DNA of 64,000 bases from a virus. Its lineage: Duplodnaviria; Caudoviricetes. Both the position numbers and the translations under genes were made by a program. The notes below the pieces were generated by a model, which made no database searches, was not told the origin of the DNA, and worked only from the letters and a program-made list of their open reading frames with translations. Shown here in pieces: positions 63,501 to 64,000 of the stretch; the stretch's first letter is position 1; every line of letters starts with the position of its first letter. The stretch covers positions 1 through 64,000 of the IMG/VR virus record IMGVR_UViG_2695421015_000001. The stretch is one strand, 5' to 3'.

Positions 63501-63704
63501 TCAGCAGAGCGCGGAAGCAACGCAGTGCGCGTTTTCCCAGACGTTGCGGCAATCGGCGAGGCGGAGTTGATCCGCGATCACCTTGCGGATGTGCGTCTTG
63601 CTGTGCGTCTTGGGGCAGCACTTTTTGTAGAAGTTGTTTTTGAGCAGCGCCTGTTCGACGTTATCGATGCGGCGCTTGCTGATGGCGGTGGTCTTGGTAG
63701 CCAT
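63501..63704 (-). CDS. small basic Cys-containing protein
   Basis: AAGGAGACCACCATG. Confidence 0.65.
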   Translation of the reverse strand: MATKTTAISKRRIDNVEQALLKNNFYKKCCPKTHSKTHIRKVIADQLRLADCRNVWENAHCVASALC

Positions 63705-64000
63705 GGTGGTCTCCTTGGTTTGGGTTGCTTAGATCGGAGCGTCGCTATGCGGCGCTCCGAGCTAAGCCCGCGCCCATGCTGCGACATGGGCGGGGTTAGC
63801 TGGCCGCGCGGCTTAATGGAGCCGCGCGATCTCAGTGCATCTCTCTTCCTGTTCGGTACTGCGGCCCGGTATTCGGCAATCCTGCGCGGCTACTACGGTC
63901 ACGATGGACATTCGCCGGCGGCGTCTATGGCGCGCTCTTGGATGTTAGCCTATTGGCGCGGCCCGCCTTGCTAGAGCGGCGCGTCAAAACCTTATCGGCA

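Larger units (their letters stand above)
19591..63792. repeat. dispersed gene-leader module: stem-TTCGCAG-stem hairpin plus AAGGAGACC RBS (at least 34 copies)
   Basis: Invariant loop with variable self-complementary stems; individual coordinates are listed in the findings. Confidence 0.95.
17981..64000. mobile_element. temperate prophage (partial; continues beyond the window)
   Basis: int-xis at a tRNA, recombination module, repressor/Cro switch, primase-helicase, superinfection immunity gene, dense small ORFs. Confidence 0.92.

Noticed and set aside
37824-63704. Repeated leader modules as a CRISPR array or classical integron
   Set aside because: Conserved parts are only 7 and 9 nt, stems vary, and the intervening DNA is whole genes of variable length. 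No cas genes are present, there are no RYYYAAC/GTTRRRY attC boxes, and neither integrase is recognisably IntI.
19567-63716. Abundant GGTCTC (BsaI site) as a sign of synthetic cloning
   Set aside because: It is simply the reverse complement of the natural RBS AAGGAGACC and always sits at start codons.

Overview
GC-rich alphaproteobacterial (Bradyrhizobium/Rhizobiales-like, inferred from gene content) window containing two mobile elements joined at a complete tRNA-Gln(CTG) (17907-17980, minus strand). Left (1-17906): a patchwork genomic island with a tyrosine integrase, a helicase-like gene, serine-recombinase copies and remnants, an IS1182, an IS1595 fragment, and nuclease- and peptidase-like cargo. 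Right (17981-64000, open-ended): at least 46 kb of a temperate prophage. It carries int/xis, a recombination module (YqaJ exonuclease, SSB, NinB, HNH), a lambda-like repressor/Cro switch with matching operators, a candidate origin, and a GcrA/RuvC/primase-helicase operon. These are followed by a 26-kb leftward array of about 55 mostly small unknown genes; no virion structural genes are visible. The main non-coding signal is a gene-leader module found at least 34 times by eye: a hairpin with an invariant UUCGCAG loop on freely co-varying stems, an A/C-rich linker, then the near-invariant RBS AAGGAGACC, always oriented with the downstream gene. Also notable are a second three-copy structured leader and two G-rich, TC-free, KOPS-like (GGGCAGGG) tracts 22 kb apart that share an identical 22-nt hairpin. 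All family assignments come from motif recognition by eye, not database searches.
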